Source: a virus
Lineage: Duplodnaviria > Caudoviricetes
Reading direction: 5' to 3' (one strand)
Virus record (IMG/VR): IMGVR_UViG_3300031992_000042
Coordinates: 41,696-105,695 of that record
DNA: 64,000 nt
This document shows positions 49,298 through 60,430 of this stretch, piece after piece. Made by a program: the position numbers and the translations under genes. A model generated the notes under the pieces. That model saw only the letters and a list, made by a program, of their open reading frames with translations. It was not told the origin of the DNA and ran no database searches. The stretch's first letter is position 1, and the number at the start of each line of letters is the position of its first letter.

Positions 49298-52135
49298 ATG
49301 TCTGTAAAGACATACTTGCAAGAACAGATTCGTCTTGTATCTTTGTTAAGTAAAGACTTATACACAGATGAAGAAATGATTCTGTACAAAAAAATAATCG
49401 ATCAGAAAAATATCCTAGATCTGATGGATGAGAAAGGAGCAGAAAAAGAAGAACGCAAAGCTGTAATCAACGAGAAAAATAAACTAAAAACACAGCTTGA
49501 TAAGCTTATTCTTTCTCATGCAGATACGCCAAGAACTGTGAACTTAAAGTCTGTCATCTATTATCCCAAAGATGCAGACTATCCTTTTCCCGAAGGAGTA
49601 ACTTATCGAAGTTTAAAAACAAATAAAAAAATAGCTGAGTTTTGTTGCGAATTATCCCGCGCAATGGGACTTGAAAATTTAGACTGTACTCTTGATTTAA
49701 TTGTAATCAAATGGAAAAACATAGAGATTTTAAGACAACTAGTAGTTAATGGATTTTATATGCCAATTCTGAATAAAGATGGCACAGTAGAAAATAGACA
49801 CTATCATTTTTATACAGCCAGCAGCGGTCAGTTAAGGCGTGATAAGTTCATGGCAATATCTGACAGCACATGGAATAAAATTCATAATAAACTTGAATGC
49901 GGTATTACTTGGGATGTTATCAACGCAAAAGGCGGGATAAACTCAAATAAGTTAAGTGCTTATGATGCGCTTCAAAATTCTGCAACTGAAGTATGGGAAG
50001 ATTTTAATATAGATTCTGTAATTGTAGTCGATGATTATGAAGGCGAAGTTACTGATAGAATGATTTATATTAAACCTGATTATACGTTTGAAAAAGGAAT
50101 ACGTACAGTAAAGATAACACATACAGACGGATGTGGAATGATGCTCCCTGAAATATCTGATTCGAATTTTATGATCAGAATACCGTATGGAAAAGGCTTA
50201 TTAATAGTATTTGACTTTATAAGATTCTGCAAAGAACATAATGTAGAACCTATAGTAACTGATATATATGGCAAACAATGGCATCTAATAAACGATAATA
50301 TTAAAATAATTCTGTTTAAAAGTATGTTTAAACTTTGGAAATATTTTAATAACTGGCAAGAGTATAAAGATGAATTCAAGAAGAACGAATGCCATTGCGG
50401 AAAAACTAACTATGAAGAAGAATTCTTAGCAAATAAAACATTAAATTATCAAATGATAGATACGTTAACAGATTTTACGGATGAAGAAATTAAACAGTTT
50501 ACAGAAAAAGAACATGAACGTATCGTTAAGCTCACAAAAGATAAAGATGCAATGCTTGACGTGTTGAAAGCAAATGAAAAAAGTGAGCAACCATATAAGG
50601 TTGCTCTTAAAATTTATCCAGAACTTTTACGTGAAGCTTATGCTCGACAATCTTTAATTGATATTCGTAAGCGAATGTTATTGGATGCTAAATCTGGAAA
50701 AATAAGGAGTTTAAATAAACGTTTATTTGCTTGTCCAGATCTATATGGCGTTTGTGAATGGCTGTTTTTACATGATGAACATCCTAAAGGATTACTAAAA
50801 AACGGAGAAGTTGCATGTAAAATATTTAGACGGCATGAAAAAGTAGACGTGCTTCGAAGTCCACATTTAGCGATGGAACATGGCGTACGAAATATCGTAC
50901 AGAATCAAAAAGTCTATGATTGGTTCTGTACAAATGGATTATATAGCTCGTTGCATGATTTATTAAGCAGATTGTTGCAATGCGACTGGGACGGGGATCA
51001 GCTGAATGTTGTAGCCGATCCTTTATTTGTCGAAATTGCAGAAAGAAACATCAAGAAATATGACGTTGTACCGTTGTTTTACGAGATGGACAAGGCTCCG
51101 GCTGAAATAATAGACAGTAATACTATGTTCAACGCTTTAAAAAGAGCTCATGACTATTCTGCTGGAGAAATAACAAGTATAGGCGAGATATCTAATATGT
51201 TGACTCGTCTTTGGAATAAAGAAAATCCAGATAGAGATGTTGCTAATCTGCTTACAATGTTCAACAATTTAGTGATTGACGCAGCTAAGAACGGAAAAAT
51301 AAACCATTATAAGAATTATCCAAAGATAGCGAAAAGAATTGGCAAAGCTACCGGAGGTAAAAATGGTCGCATGCCTTACTGGTTTCAATTCTCAAAAAAT
51401 GGCAGAAAAGATACGCCAGAAAATAGAAACCGTAAATATGCAGAACCCAATAATTCAACGATGAACCGAATATGTAAAGCATTTGACGATATTGGATATA
51501 TAAATCTAAACTATGCTGGCATTTCTCAGTTCAATTATCAAATGCTTATGTCTGCTCCATGCTATGATTCAAAACCTGAAATTTATCAGTTATTTTGCGA
51601 GCTTGATAACTCGAATAAATCAAGTATTATTGCTTCGCAAGAAAATACTTATGCTTCAGAGAAGCAACTGATAAATAATTATAGTATAGTAGCGGAAGAC
51701 ATTACAAACGAGATCATTCAAAGATATGGTTCATTGGAATATGCCTATCCATATATAGTAAAGTATCTTTTTGCAGGAGAAGGCATGGACAAATCTGCGC
51801 ATAAACAAATGTTCTGGCGTGTGTTTGGAGAAATTGCATTAAATAATCTTCGCAAGAATTTATCAGAATGTGATACGTGTAAAGATTGTTTTATAAAAAT
51901 ACCAGCATGGGTAGAAGACCATAACTGTATAAAAAATACAAAAGGTTTTTATGAATGCATAGACTGTCATGTTTTATGTGAACGAACTAATCCGAAGCAA
52001 TGTCGTTGTACAGAATGCCAATCTGTGTATAAAACATTACAAAGACGGATAAAGCAAAGAGCCAAAAGAGAATTAAAGAAAGTAATTGAAGAACAACGTA
52101 TTACGTCCTTGGGATCGTTCTTGAACAAGACGTAA
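49298..52135 (+). CDS. Single-subunit DNA-dependent RNA polymerase, YonO/RdRP-like (copy 2)
   Basis: TASSGQLR, TDGCG..IR..KG, VLRSPH, catalytic CDWDGDQ, IDAAK, C-terminal Zn fingers; start MSVKT with AAGGGGG RBS. Confidence 0.88.
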   Translation: MSVKTYLQEQIRLVSLLSKDLYTDEEMILYKKIIDQKNILDLMDEKGAEKEERKAVINEKNKLKTQLDKLILSHADTPRTVNLKSVIYYPKDADYPFPEGVTYRSLKTNKKIAEFCCELSRAMGLENLDCTLDLIVIKWKNIEILRQLVVNGFYMPILNKDGTVENRHYHFYTASSGQLRRDKFMAISDSTWNKIHNKLECGITWDVINAKGGINSNKLSAYDALQNSATEVWEDFNIDSVIVVDDYEGEVTDRMIYIKPDYTFEKGIRTVKITHTDGCGMMLPEISDSNFMIRIPYGKGLLIVFDFIRFCKEHNVEPIVTDIYGKQWHLINDNIKIILFKSMFKLWKYFNNWQEYKDEFKKNECHCGKTNYEEEFLANKTLNYQMIDTLTDFTDEEIKQFTEKEHERIVKLTKDKDAMLDVLKANEKSEQPYKVALKIYPELLREAYARQSLIDIRKRMLLDAKSGKIRSLNKRLFACPDLYGVCEWLFLHDEHPKGLLKNGEVACKIFRRHEKVDVLRSPHLAMEHGVRNIVQNQKVYDWFCTNGLYSSLHDLLSRLLQCDWDGDQLNVVADPLFVEIAERNIKKYDVVPLFYEMDKAPAEIIDSNTMFNALKRAHDYSAGEITSIGEISNMLTRLWNKENPDRDVANLLTMFNNLVIDAAKNGKINHYKNYPKIAKRIGKATGGKNGRMPYWFQFSKNGRKDTPENRNRKYAEPNNSTMNRICKAFDDIGYINLNYAGISQFNYQMLMSAPCYDSKPEIYQLFCELDNSNKSSIIASQENTYASEKQLINNYSIVAEDITNEIIQRYGSLEYAYPYIVKYLFAGEGMDKSAHKQMFWRVFGEIALNNLRKNLSECDTCKDCFIKIPAWVEDHNCIKNTKGFYECIDCHVLCERTNPKQCRCTECQSVYKTLQRRIKQRAKRELKKVIEEQRITSLGSFLNKT

Positions 52136-52209
52136 AGAACGGTTCTTTTATACCTTCTTGGCTTCTTTGCAAAGCAAATACTACATCAGAACAGCGTTCT
52201 GGATGGAGA

Positions 52210-52593
52210 ATGGTCAGGCAATACAAAAAAACAAAATTCAATTTATCAAAATTACTTGTAACATCTTTATATGGTCATGAAGATATGCTTGATTATTTTT
52301 CTGATTTTAGAACACAAGACAAGATGGGCGGCGTTCACTATTATCCTAAAGGAGCTCTGTGCTGGTTTGAAACAAACCAGTACGGAGATCTTTTAAATTC
52401 AGTATATCTTGTACGACTTATACCTGATATGAAAATGGTCGAATTACCAATGGCACAACGAGGTTTAAGACGATTAAAAGCACAACAAAATAAAAAGAAA
52501 ACATTAAATGAAATACTAACAAAAGAAAAAAACGATACAGAAATAATAGAAACAATAAAGCCAAAATTACATAAGTGGAAAGAAGGAGAATAA
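52210..52593 (+). CDS. Hypothetical protein
   Basis: ORF track. Confidence 0.5.
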   Translation: MVRQYKKTKFNLSKLLVTSLYGHEDMLDYFSDFRTQDKMGGVHYYPKGALCWFETNQYGDLLNSVYLVRLIPDMKMVELPMAQRGLRRLKAQQNKKKTLNEILTKEKNDTEIIETIKPKLHKWKEGE

Positions 52594-52596
52594 AAG

Positions 52597-53325
52597 ATGG
52601 CTCCACGCAAAAGTACAGAAACAGAAGCAAAAGAAAACCCTCAGATTCATACAAACATGCGTTTCTATGGACAGGTTCAAGATACTCCGCAAGAAGCACG
52701 CAAAGAAATTGGAGCAGGTCGTTTAAAAGGTTATACAGATATCAATCCGATGTGGCGTATTAAACGTCTCACCGAAGTATTTGGTCCAGCTGGTTTTGGC
52801 TGGTGGACGCAAAATGAAAAGTTCACGTTTGAAGAATGTAAGACAGGAGAAACAGCTGTATTCTGCACATTAGAATTAATTGTTGTAGATCCTGAGACAA
52901 AGGAATCGTCTCATCCTATTACGGGCGTTGGCGGTAATAAGTTTGTCGCGAACGAAAAGAATGGTCCATATTGCAATGATGAAGCCATGAAGATGGCATA
53001 TACAGATGCTTTATCTATTGCTTGCAAAGCTCTTGGTTTCTCTCATGATATTTACTTCTCTAAAGATAGAACTAAATATTCTTTGGCGGAAGATGAAGCA
53101 AGAGAAGAAGGACCGTCTGCTGAGGAATTTCAGGCAATAACTGCTCGCATCCAGAAAGGTATTACAAAAGTAACAGCTAACATGGATAAAGAAGCAAAAG
53201 ATCAGTTTACACAGAATGTCGTTGTAAAACATATTGGCGCTGTTAATTATATGACATGCAAAGATATGAATAAACTAAATGCTTTATTGGAAGAACTTCT
53301 GACAATGGCAAAGAAATCTGCTTAA
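52597..53325 (+). CDS. Rad52/Sak-like single-strand annealing protein
   Basis: TDINPMWRIKRLTEVFGPAGFGW..EAMKMAYTDALSIACKALG...DIY. Confidence 0.75.
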   Translation: MAPRKSTETEAKENPQIHTNMRFYGQVQDTPQEARKEIGAGRLKGYTDINPMWRIKRLTEVFGPAGFGWWTQNEKFTFEECKTGETAVFCTLELIVVDPETKESSHPITGVGGNKFVANEKNGPYCNDEAMKMAYTDALSIACKALGFSHDIYFSKDRTKYSLAEDEAREEGPSAEEFQAITARIQKGITKVTANMDKEAKDQFTQNVVVKHIGAVNYMTCKDMNKLNALLEELLTMAKKSA

Positions 53326-53483
53326 GCTATACCACCAGTTTAAGCAGTGACTTTACGCATTGACTTGAAACTGGTGTTAGTACTTTCTGAGCATCTTCAG
53401 AAAGTTTAATTTCACTAGGGTACCAAATGTGAAGTTAATAAAAATAAAAAGATGCAAATATGTACAAAAAAGGTGGTAAACGT

Positions 53484-53867
53484 ATGCCAAACTATGCAAA
53501 GGTAGCGCTTACGGGACGATTAACTCGTGAGCCAAGGAACGGCGAATACAATGGATCGACTGTGATTTCATTTAGTGTTGCTGTTTACACAACCAAAAAA
53601 GTTGACGACAAATATGTTGCTGACTTTTACAATGTAAGTTACTGGGGCAAAGCAGCCGAAGCTGTTTATCCGAAGCTTGCACAAGGAACGCTTGTTCAGG
53701 TATATGGCGATCTGTATCAGGAAGATTATACCGATAAACAAGGCAATAAGAAACAAGGTATGTCTGTTCGTGCCAGTGAAGTCATTAAGCTGAAAGATCC
53801 TGAAGAAAATAAGGAAACTAAGCCAAAGGCTAAACCGAAAGCAGTCGAAGAAGACGACCCATTCTAA
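53484..53867 (+). CDS. ssb: Single-stranded DNA-binding protein (copy 2)
   Basis: LTGRLTREP..FSVAV..WGK.AE..G.LV.V.G.L; EEDDPF tail. Confidence 0.88.
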   Translation: MPNYAKVALTGRLTREPRNGEYNGSTVISFSVAVYTTKKVDDKYVADFYNVSYWGKAAEAVYPKLAQGTLVQVYGDLYQEDYTDKQGNKKQGMSVRASEVIKLKDPEENKETKPKAKPKAVEEDDPF

Positions 53868-54144
53868 TCAACTAAATAATTTAAGTCATGAACTGCAAAC
53901 ATGTATAAATAACTTTATATAATGTTGCTCTGTTAATGTTATTAATAGAATCATGAAAATAAAAGTGAACGGACATCCCGGCTCTCGCTGCCCAACGGCA
54001 GCGAGCCGGATGTCCTACTTTTACAGCTCTCAACGCTAGTGAGCTGTAAAAGTTAAAACACTATGTGTTTAGATGACTTATCAAAAATAAAAAGCAATAA
54101 ATAAAAGTACAGAAAAGAAATAAAAAGTGAGAGGTGTAATCACA

Positions 54145-56989
54145 ATGGATAGTACCAGCAATGCTGTCATCGAACTGGCAGAGAAACATCTTGGTAGTTT
54201 TAGAATTAAGAATGGACAGGTAATTGCAGAATATTGTCCGTTTTGCGGTGGTCACGAGCATGATAAAGAAACATTTGCAGTAGGGCTTTCAAATGGTCTG
54301 TGGCAATGTCTTCGCGGAAGCTGTGGCAAGAAAGGCAATCTGGCTCAGCTGTGCAACTATTTTGGCGAAGCAGCTCCTGCAAGCTATACTCTTCCTTTTA
54401 TGAGTCAGGCTCAGAAAAAGAGTTATGTTAAACCTGATCCTGAAATTATTTACCCTATGACAGAAGAAATTGTAAATTATTTCGCAAAGCGCAAGATTAG
54501 TGAACAGACTCTTCTGGATTGGAAAATTGGTGCAAGTAAAGATGGAAATATTATCTTTCCGTTTTATCGGGATGATGTTCTTACATATGTAAAGTATCGT
54601 AAACCAAAACGTCACGAAAAAGAAGATGGTCCTAAAGAATGGCCAGAGCCTAATACAGAACCGATTCTTTACGGTATGGATATGACAACATTTAATAAGC
54701 CTCTTGTTATTACTGAAGGAGAAATTGATGCTCTTTCTGTTTATGAAGCTGGTTATTCGAACGTTGTATCTGTTCCTGCTGGATGCAAAAACCTTGATTG
54801 GATTAATTTGTGCTGGGACTGGCTTGAGAAATTTAATCAGATTATTCTGTTTGGCGATTCTGATGAGCCCGGTCGTGAAATGGTAGGCATTCTTTCGACT
54901 CGCCTTGGAGAAGATCGTTGCATGATTCCTAAAGAATATCCTGAAATGATCTGGCATGGAGAAGATCTTAATCGTATTTGCAAAGATGCAAACGAAATTC
55001 TTCAGGCTTATGGTCCAGAAATTCTTAAGAAATGGATCGACGAATGTGAACCTGCTCCTATTAAAGGTGTACTTGATGTTGGAGACATTGTTTATGTTGA
55101 TCCAATCTCTAAGCCTAGGATTATGACTAAGATTCCTGCGCTCGACAAAATGACTGGCGGGCTTCAGGAAGGTGGCGTATCCATTCTTTCTGGTAAATCT
55201 GGTGAAGGTAAGTCTACTCTTACAGGAACGCTTTTGCTTAATGCAGTACAGGACGGAATGAAAGCTTGTGTTTATTCAGGCGAGCTTGATGAAGTTATCT
55301 TCCTAGATTGGATTCTTACACAGGCTACTGAACGTAAGTATATTGGCTATAAGACAGATGAGCGTACGCATAAGAATATGCCTTGTGTTTCTACAGAGAT
55401 TCGTCAACGTATTCAGAAATGGCTTAAAGGTAATTTGTTTTTGTTTGATAATAAGATTGTTGCGGAACAAGAACAAACAAAAGCTATTCTTGGAGTTTTC
55501 GAAGCTTGTGCTCGTCGGTATGGATGCAAACTTTTCGTAGTCGATTAACATAATAGTCGACTTTAAACATGGTGAACCTATAAATATAGGGTGTCCAGAA
55601 ATGGGCTAACGGTAAAACCCTAAAAACTGTGTGAATATAAACAAAGGAAGTGGTCAAATGGCTAGTCTAAGAGCTAAAGATTTGACCGGGCAAACATTTG
55701 GATTATTAACAGTGTTGTATCGATGTGAAGATAAAATATACGGAAGTGGAAGAATTCGTCCGCAATGGATGTGCAAATGTACATGCGGTGAATTAAAGAA
55801 GGTTCCGGGAGATCAGTTAAGAAATGGTCACACTCAAAGTTGTGGTCATCTAAGAGTAAAAGATTTAACAGGACAACGTTTTGGAAAACTTGTTGTTAAA
55901 GAACTATATTCAAGAATAATACAACCTAGTGGACAACTTCGAATTGAATGGTTGTGCCAATGTGATTGCGGCGAAGAAACCATTGTCTCTAGTGGGAATT
56001 TATCGAGTGGTCATACAACAAGTTGCGGATGTCTAGTTTGCTCGGCGCAAGAAGCAGTAATAAAACGCATACTAACTGATAATAAAATCAATCATATAAA
56101 GGAATATACATTCAAAGATTTAGTTTCAAGCGGAGATAAACCAAGACCTTTTCGTTTTGATTTTGCTTTGCTTGATAGTAACAATAAACTTTTAGCTCTG
56201 ATTGAATATCAAGGACAACAACATTTTGTTGAAAGAGAAGGCTTTGAAGAATATGGAGCCGGACAAAGATATTATTCAGATAAACTAAAGAAAGACTATT
56301 GTGAAAAGAATAATATTCCATTATATGAAATAACATATTTAGAAGATACAACAACAAAATTATATCAAATATTACGCACAGTTTATGGCAATACCGTGCC
56401 AAGCTCGCAGGAAACTGCGTGAAGGTGTAACGACTAGGTGAAAACCGTAGGTTTACGGTGAAATTCCGTATTCCGAAGTGCCATGCCCCAACAATGTTGG
56501 GTGAAGAGATAGTCTACTCCCCTAATAAATATCGGGAAACCGAGGGTATAAAGGAATCTTATGTCCGCACTGACATCTCCTGAAGAAGAGAACAGAGCTC
56601 AGGCTAAGTTTACTGCTCAACTGAAAGCATTTTCTCGTAAGTATCATTGTCATGTTTTGATGGTTGCGCATCCACGCAAAAGCAATGGTAAAAAAGAATT
56701 TGAAAATGAAGATATCAGTGGTTCGAGCGCGATTGGAAATTTGGCAGATTTTGTCATTAATGTTGAACGATTTCCTACACGTGGCATTCGTCTGACAAAG
56801 AATAGGATTTTCGGAGAAAAAGGTTTTATTAACTGTGATTATGATCCCGCTTCTCGTAGGCTTTATCAGCACAATATGGGTGGTATGGTTTATGGTTGGG
56901 ACCATTCTGGAATTCAGGAGCCAGAAAATCCTGTAAATGATATGGAAGAATTCAAAATTGATGATGGAACAAATGAGAATCCATTCTAA
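54145..56989 (+). CDS. Primase-helicase (T7 gp4/Twinkle-like), split by group I intron; exons 54145-55545 and 56555-56989
   Basis: CPFC..C..C Zn finger, TOPRIM EGEIDA..DSD, KDAN, Walker A GKSGEGKS, spliced FVVD-NLM, VAHPRK, ISGS. Confidence 0.88.
55546..56554 (+). mobile_element. Group I intron carrying a homing endonuclease
   Basis: P1 GTCGAT/GTCGAC with U-G at the splice site; GTAACGACTAG and GAAGAGATAGTC; terminal G; in-frame junction. Confidence 0.88.
55658..56422 (+). CDS. Intron-encoded endonuclease (two KDLTGQ.FG.L Cys-rich repeats plus PD-(D/E)xK-like domain)
   Basis: Repeats W.C.C.CG..SCG; FRFDFAL..IEYQGQQH. Confidence 0.8.
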   Translation: MASLRAKDLTGQTFGLLTVLYRCEDKIYGSGRIRPQWMCKCTCGELKKVPGDQLRNGHTQSCGHLRVKDLTGQRFGKLVVKELYSRIIQPSGQLRIEWLCQCDCGEETIVSSGNLSSGHTTSCGCLVCSAQEAVIKRILTDNKINHIKEYTFKDLVSSGDKPRPFRFDFALLDSNNKLLALIEYQGQQHFVEREGFEEYGAGQRYYSDKLKKDYCEKNNIPLYEITYLEDTTTKLYQILRTVYGNTVPSSQETA

Positions 56990-57001
56990 GGAGAAAAAAA
57001 T

Positions 57002-57202
57002 ATGAAAAATGTGTCTGAATGGACAGACGATGAAATTCTTTGGAATACTTTATTTCAACATTGGGGTCATCACGTAGAAATATCTTTCTATGGCGATGCA
57101 GATAATCCTGATGACATATGTCTTGAATGCATGGATTGCAATGAAGTTCTTGTTGATGCCGGAATTTATACAGTCTGTGCAAGAGAGGATGGTTTCAAAT
57201 GA
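57002..57202 (+). CDS. Small hypothetical protein
   Basis: ORF track, AAGGAG RBS. Confidence 0.55.
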   Translation: MKNVSEWTDDEILWNTLFQHWGHHVEISFYGDADNPDDICLECMDCNEVLVDAGIYTVCAREDGFK

Positions 57203-57432
57203 AAGTAACAGATAATCCTTACCTCAAGTCTGCAACAGGACTTGAGGTAATGGATTGGATTTGGTATAACGCTACACATAAAACAAAATATACAAAAATA
57301 GCATCTAAACTAATGAATAAGTTTAATCTTCGAGAAGATAAATATTATATGATTGTTCATTGTGTTGATAAAACAAGAATAATTGAAGTACCAGAAAGGA
57401 ATGCAAGATATGAGATACCTTGCAACAATTAA
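57199..57432 (+). CDS. Small hypothetical protein
   Basis: ORF track. Confidence 0.5.
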   Translation: MKVTDNPYLKSATGLEVMDWIWYNATHKTKYTKIASKLMNKFNLREDKYYMIVHCVDKTRIIEVPERNARYEIPCNN

Positions 57433-57598
57433 ACTTGGAACAGATTCAAGTTCTAAAACTTTTGACACGATTAAAGAAGCTAAAGATTGGCTTGATTCTC
57501 AGAATAATAACCTTGAACATACAACTATTATTTCTGAGCTTGACAAAAGTTGGCATATTGTTGATTGGTTTTATTATACAAAAGGAGCAGAACAGTGA
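57383..57598 (+). CDS. Small hypothetical protein
   Basis: ORF track. Confidence 0.45.
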   Translation: MKYQKGMQDMRYLATIKLGTDSSSKTFDTIKEAKDWLDSQNNNLEHTTIISELDKSWHIVDWFYYTKGAEQ

Positions 57599-57822
57599 AA
57601 CAGATTATGTTTAAAGATATCGAAAATGAATCAATTCATGGCGGTATTTTGCTTGATAATGGAGATGTTATTTGCGGATGCTGTGGAGGATTGCTTGAAG
57701 CAGATGAAATAAATCAAACATGGTCTATTATTAATACATATGACGAATGGATTGATTTAGATGAAACAATCTGCGGTGATGATTTAGACTATTATGAGGA
57801 TGAAAATGAAGACTCAGATTAA
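57565..57822 (+). CDS. Small acidic hypothetical protein
   Basis: ORF track. Confidence 0.5.
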   Translation: MVLLYKRSRTVKQIMFKDIENESIHGGILLDNGDVICGCCGGLLEADEINQTWSIINTYDEWIDLDETICGDDLDYYEDENEDSD

Positions 57823-57978
57823 CATTACTATCGAAAACAGTAAATTACATATAAAAGAAATATCTTGTTTGCCAGAAGAATATGAAATATCAGAAAACAT
57901 GCCGAGCATGATAGATGAAATATGTGAACATTTACATGATTATCTGGAGGGGCTCGGTTAAGAAAGGAGCCGAGTCCA

Positions 57979-58809
57979 TTGGGTTTATTGTCAAATAAAC
58001 ATGTTTATAGTTATTCACAGTTAAGTTCATTTGATGAATGTTCTTATTCTTTTTATTTACAAAGAATAGAAGGCCTTGAAGAAGAAGCTTCTAATGCTTT
58101 TGCGGAAAGAGGCACTCTAATTCATGACCTACTGGATCAGTGGGCAAAAAAGAAATTAACAAAAGAAGAAATGCTTACAGAATATGAAAGAAGATATTCT
58201 GATGAAGTAGTTACAGCATGGCCTGCATTTCCTAAGGGCTATGCACAAAAAGCATACGAAACAGGTATTCAATTTTTAGAAAATTTTGACGAATTTGAAG
58301 GTTATGAAGTTCTCTCAGCTGAAGAAAAGTTTAAGATTGATTTAGCATTAGCAGATGGATCTACTCGTCCTTTTGTCGGCATTATTGATTTAATGTTAAG
58401 AGATAAAAAAACAGGAGATCTTATTATTTGTGATCATAAATCTAAGTCTATGACTTCGTTTAAAAAAGACGAAGACAAAATGTATCGTCAACAGTTAATG
58501 TATTCAGCCTATGTTAATGAGCAATACGGTGAATTTCCTCAAAGAATGATGTTCCACTTATTCAATGAATCAGGAGTGAAGCCAGAGCGTTTATTTTCAT
58601 TGCCGGATTATAGAGAAACAATTGTGTGGGCAACAGATCAAATTAAGAAAATAGAAGATTATTCTGTTATTGACTGGCTGCAATGTAAGGAAAAACCAGA
58701 CTATTTTTGTTGGTCTTTGTGTTCTGCAAGAAAATCTTGTCCTAACGGCGTTCAGCCTGATTTTAGGTCTAAGAAACGTAAAGATTTTGATGAATTTGGA
58801 GAAGAATAA
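57979..58809 (+). CDS. PD-(D/E)xK Cas4/RecB-like exonuclease
   Basis: SYSQL..C..GT.IH..E..GIIDL..DHKS..QQLMY..C..C...C. Confidence 0.85.
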   Translation: MGLLSNKHVYSYSQLSSFDECSYSFYLQRIEGLEEEASNAFAERGTLIHDLLDQWAKKKLTKEEMLTEYERRYSDEVVTAWPAFPKGYAQKAYETGIQFLENFDEFEGYEVLSAEEKFKIDLALADGSTRPFVGIIDLMLRDKKTGDLIICDHKSKSMTSFKKDEDKMYRQQLMYSAYVNEQYGEFPQRMMFHLFNESGVKPERLFSLPDYRETIVWATDQIKKIEDYSVIDWLQCKEKPDYFCWSLCSARKSCPNGVQPDFRSKKRKDFDEFGEE

Positions 58810-58811
58810 AT

Positions 58812-59069
58812 ATGGCTAAATATGATATTAGGTTAAGCAAAGATGGTATTGAAGCAGGTATGTTAAATAAAAACGGACAGTGGCATAGTGGTTCAGACAT
58901 TACAGAAAAAGCGTTTGAAATAGTTCGTGATCATCTTCTTCGTCTTTCAGCGCAGGAAAAGCAAAATATCTGTTATGCATGGAAGTACAACAATGGAAAA
59001 ACATTGTTGTTAAAGCTTGAAGAAAAAGATACAGAAGAAAAGGAACAAAACGATGAAAGAATATCATAA
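58812..59069 (+). CDS. Hypothetical protein
   Basis: ORF track. Confidence 0.55.
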   Translation: MAKYDIRLSKDGIEAGMLNKNGQWHSGSDITEKAFEIVRDHLLRLSAQEKQNICYAWKYNNGKTLLLKLEEKDTEEKEQNDERIS

Positions 59070-59156
59070 AAATGAATGATCGTTGCCACAATAGAGTAAT
59101 TGTAAAGATTAAATGGAATGATTTTAAAGATTTAGTATAAGGAGATAAAAAGTAAA

Positions 59157-60251
59157 ATGAAAGTCGGCAAAAGAGACTTAACTGAATTCGCTATCGAACT
59201 TGATCGTCGGCAGAAAGTAAAGAAAGATTATCTTGTGGATACTCGCAATATAATTATGGATGCTGAGACAAATAAAGCAATGCTCAGCATTCGCAACGAT
59301 ACTACTGGTGAAACTCTGATTCTTAATGTAAACGAAGTAGCACATAATCAAATTGGCACTGATCTTGGTATTCCTGCTAAGTACTACGACAAAATGAGAG
59401 CTGATAATCCCGAACTTTTGGCTGCGAATGTAAACAGTTGGTTTAACAAGAATCCTAAAGTGCATATGGTTAGAACATTGGACGGTACTGCTCGAGCTTT
59501 CTTGTCCGATTCATATCGTCGCATTGATAATTTTGAGATTGCACAGACTGTTCTGCCTATTATTGCAGACATGCCTGATGCTCGCGTTGAGTCTTGTGAA
59601 ATTACAGATGAAAGAATGTATCTAAAAGTAGTAAATCCTCGGTTAACAACAGAAGTCGTGCCTGGAGATATCGTACAGTCAGGTATTCTTATTACTAACT
59701 CAGAGGTAGGACTTGGCTCTGTTACAATTCAGCCACTAGTCTATCGACTTGTGTGCTCTAACGGTATGGTAGTTAATGATGCTAAAATGCGTAAGTATCA
59801 TGCTGGACGTAGAAACGAAGCGGCTGAAGACTTTACTATTTATAGTGATGCAACCATTCAGGCTGATGATATTGCGCTTCAGATGAAGATTCAGGATACT
59901 GTTCGTGCTGTTGTAGACCAGACTAGGTTTGAACGTGTTGTTAATTTAATGCGCGACGCTAAGGACGCAATTATTAAAAACGAGACAAACGTTCCTAAAA
60001 TGGTTGAATTAGCTGGCACAGAATATAAATGGTACTCCAAAGAAGAAGGCGAAGGCATTCTGAATTATCTGATTCGCGGTGGAGATATGTCTCTATATGG
60101 TTTTGCTAATGCTACGACTCGTTATGCGCAGGACGTTAAGAGCTATGATAGATCTACTGCGCTTGAGTCTCTTGGTTATACGATTCTTGGTATGAGTCCT
60201 GCAAAATGGAATAATCTTCAGAAAGCATCTGTAGGTGAAGCTGTAGCATGA
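59157..60251 (+). CDS. DUF932-family protein
   Basis: RAFLSDSY..IDN..ITNSEVG..RLVCSNG. Confidence 0.75.
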   Translation: MKVGKRDLTEFAIELDRRQKVKKDYLVDTRNIIMDAETNKAMLSIRNDTTGETLILNVNEVAHNQIGTDLGIPAKYYDKMRADNPELLAANVNSWFNKNPKVHMVRTLDGTARAFLSDSYRRIDNFEIAQTVLPIIADMPDARVESCEITDERMYLKVVNPRLTTEVVPGDIVQSGILITNSEVGLGSVTIQPLVYRLVCSNGMVVNDAKMRKYHAGRRNEAAEDFTIYSDATIQADDIALQMKIQDTVRAVVDQTRFERVVNLMRDAKDAIIKNETNVPKMVELAGTEYKWYSKEEGEGILNYLIRGGDMSLYGFANATTRYAQDVKSYDRSTALESLGYTILGMSPAKWNNLQKASVGEAVA

Positions 60252-60430
60252 TTGAAGAAAAAGAATATAACGTAGATATCGCCGTTTCAGGATATTGGAG
60301 TTGGAAAGGTAAAGCTAAAAGTCCAGAAATTGCAGAACGTTTAGCTATTGAAGCATGTACTGAAGCTAATTTCGGAGAACTTGAAAATATTGACTTCAAC
60401 GTATCTGAAGTTTACAAAGAATAATAAGTT

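Noticed and set aside
57979-58809. Cas4-like nuclease as the adaptation module of the array
   Set aside because: 20 kb away among replication and recombination genes; such exonucleases are common in phages
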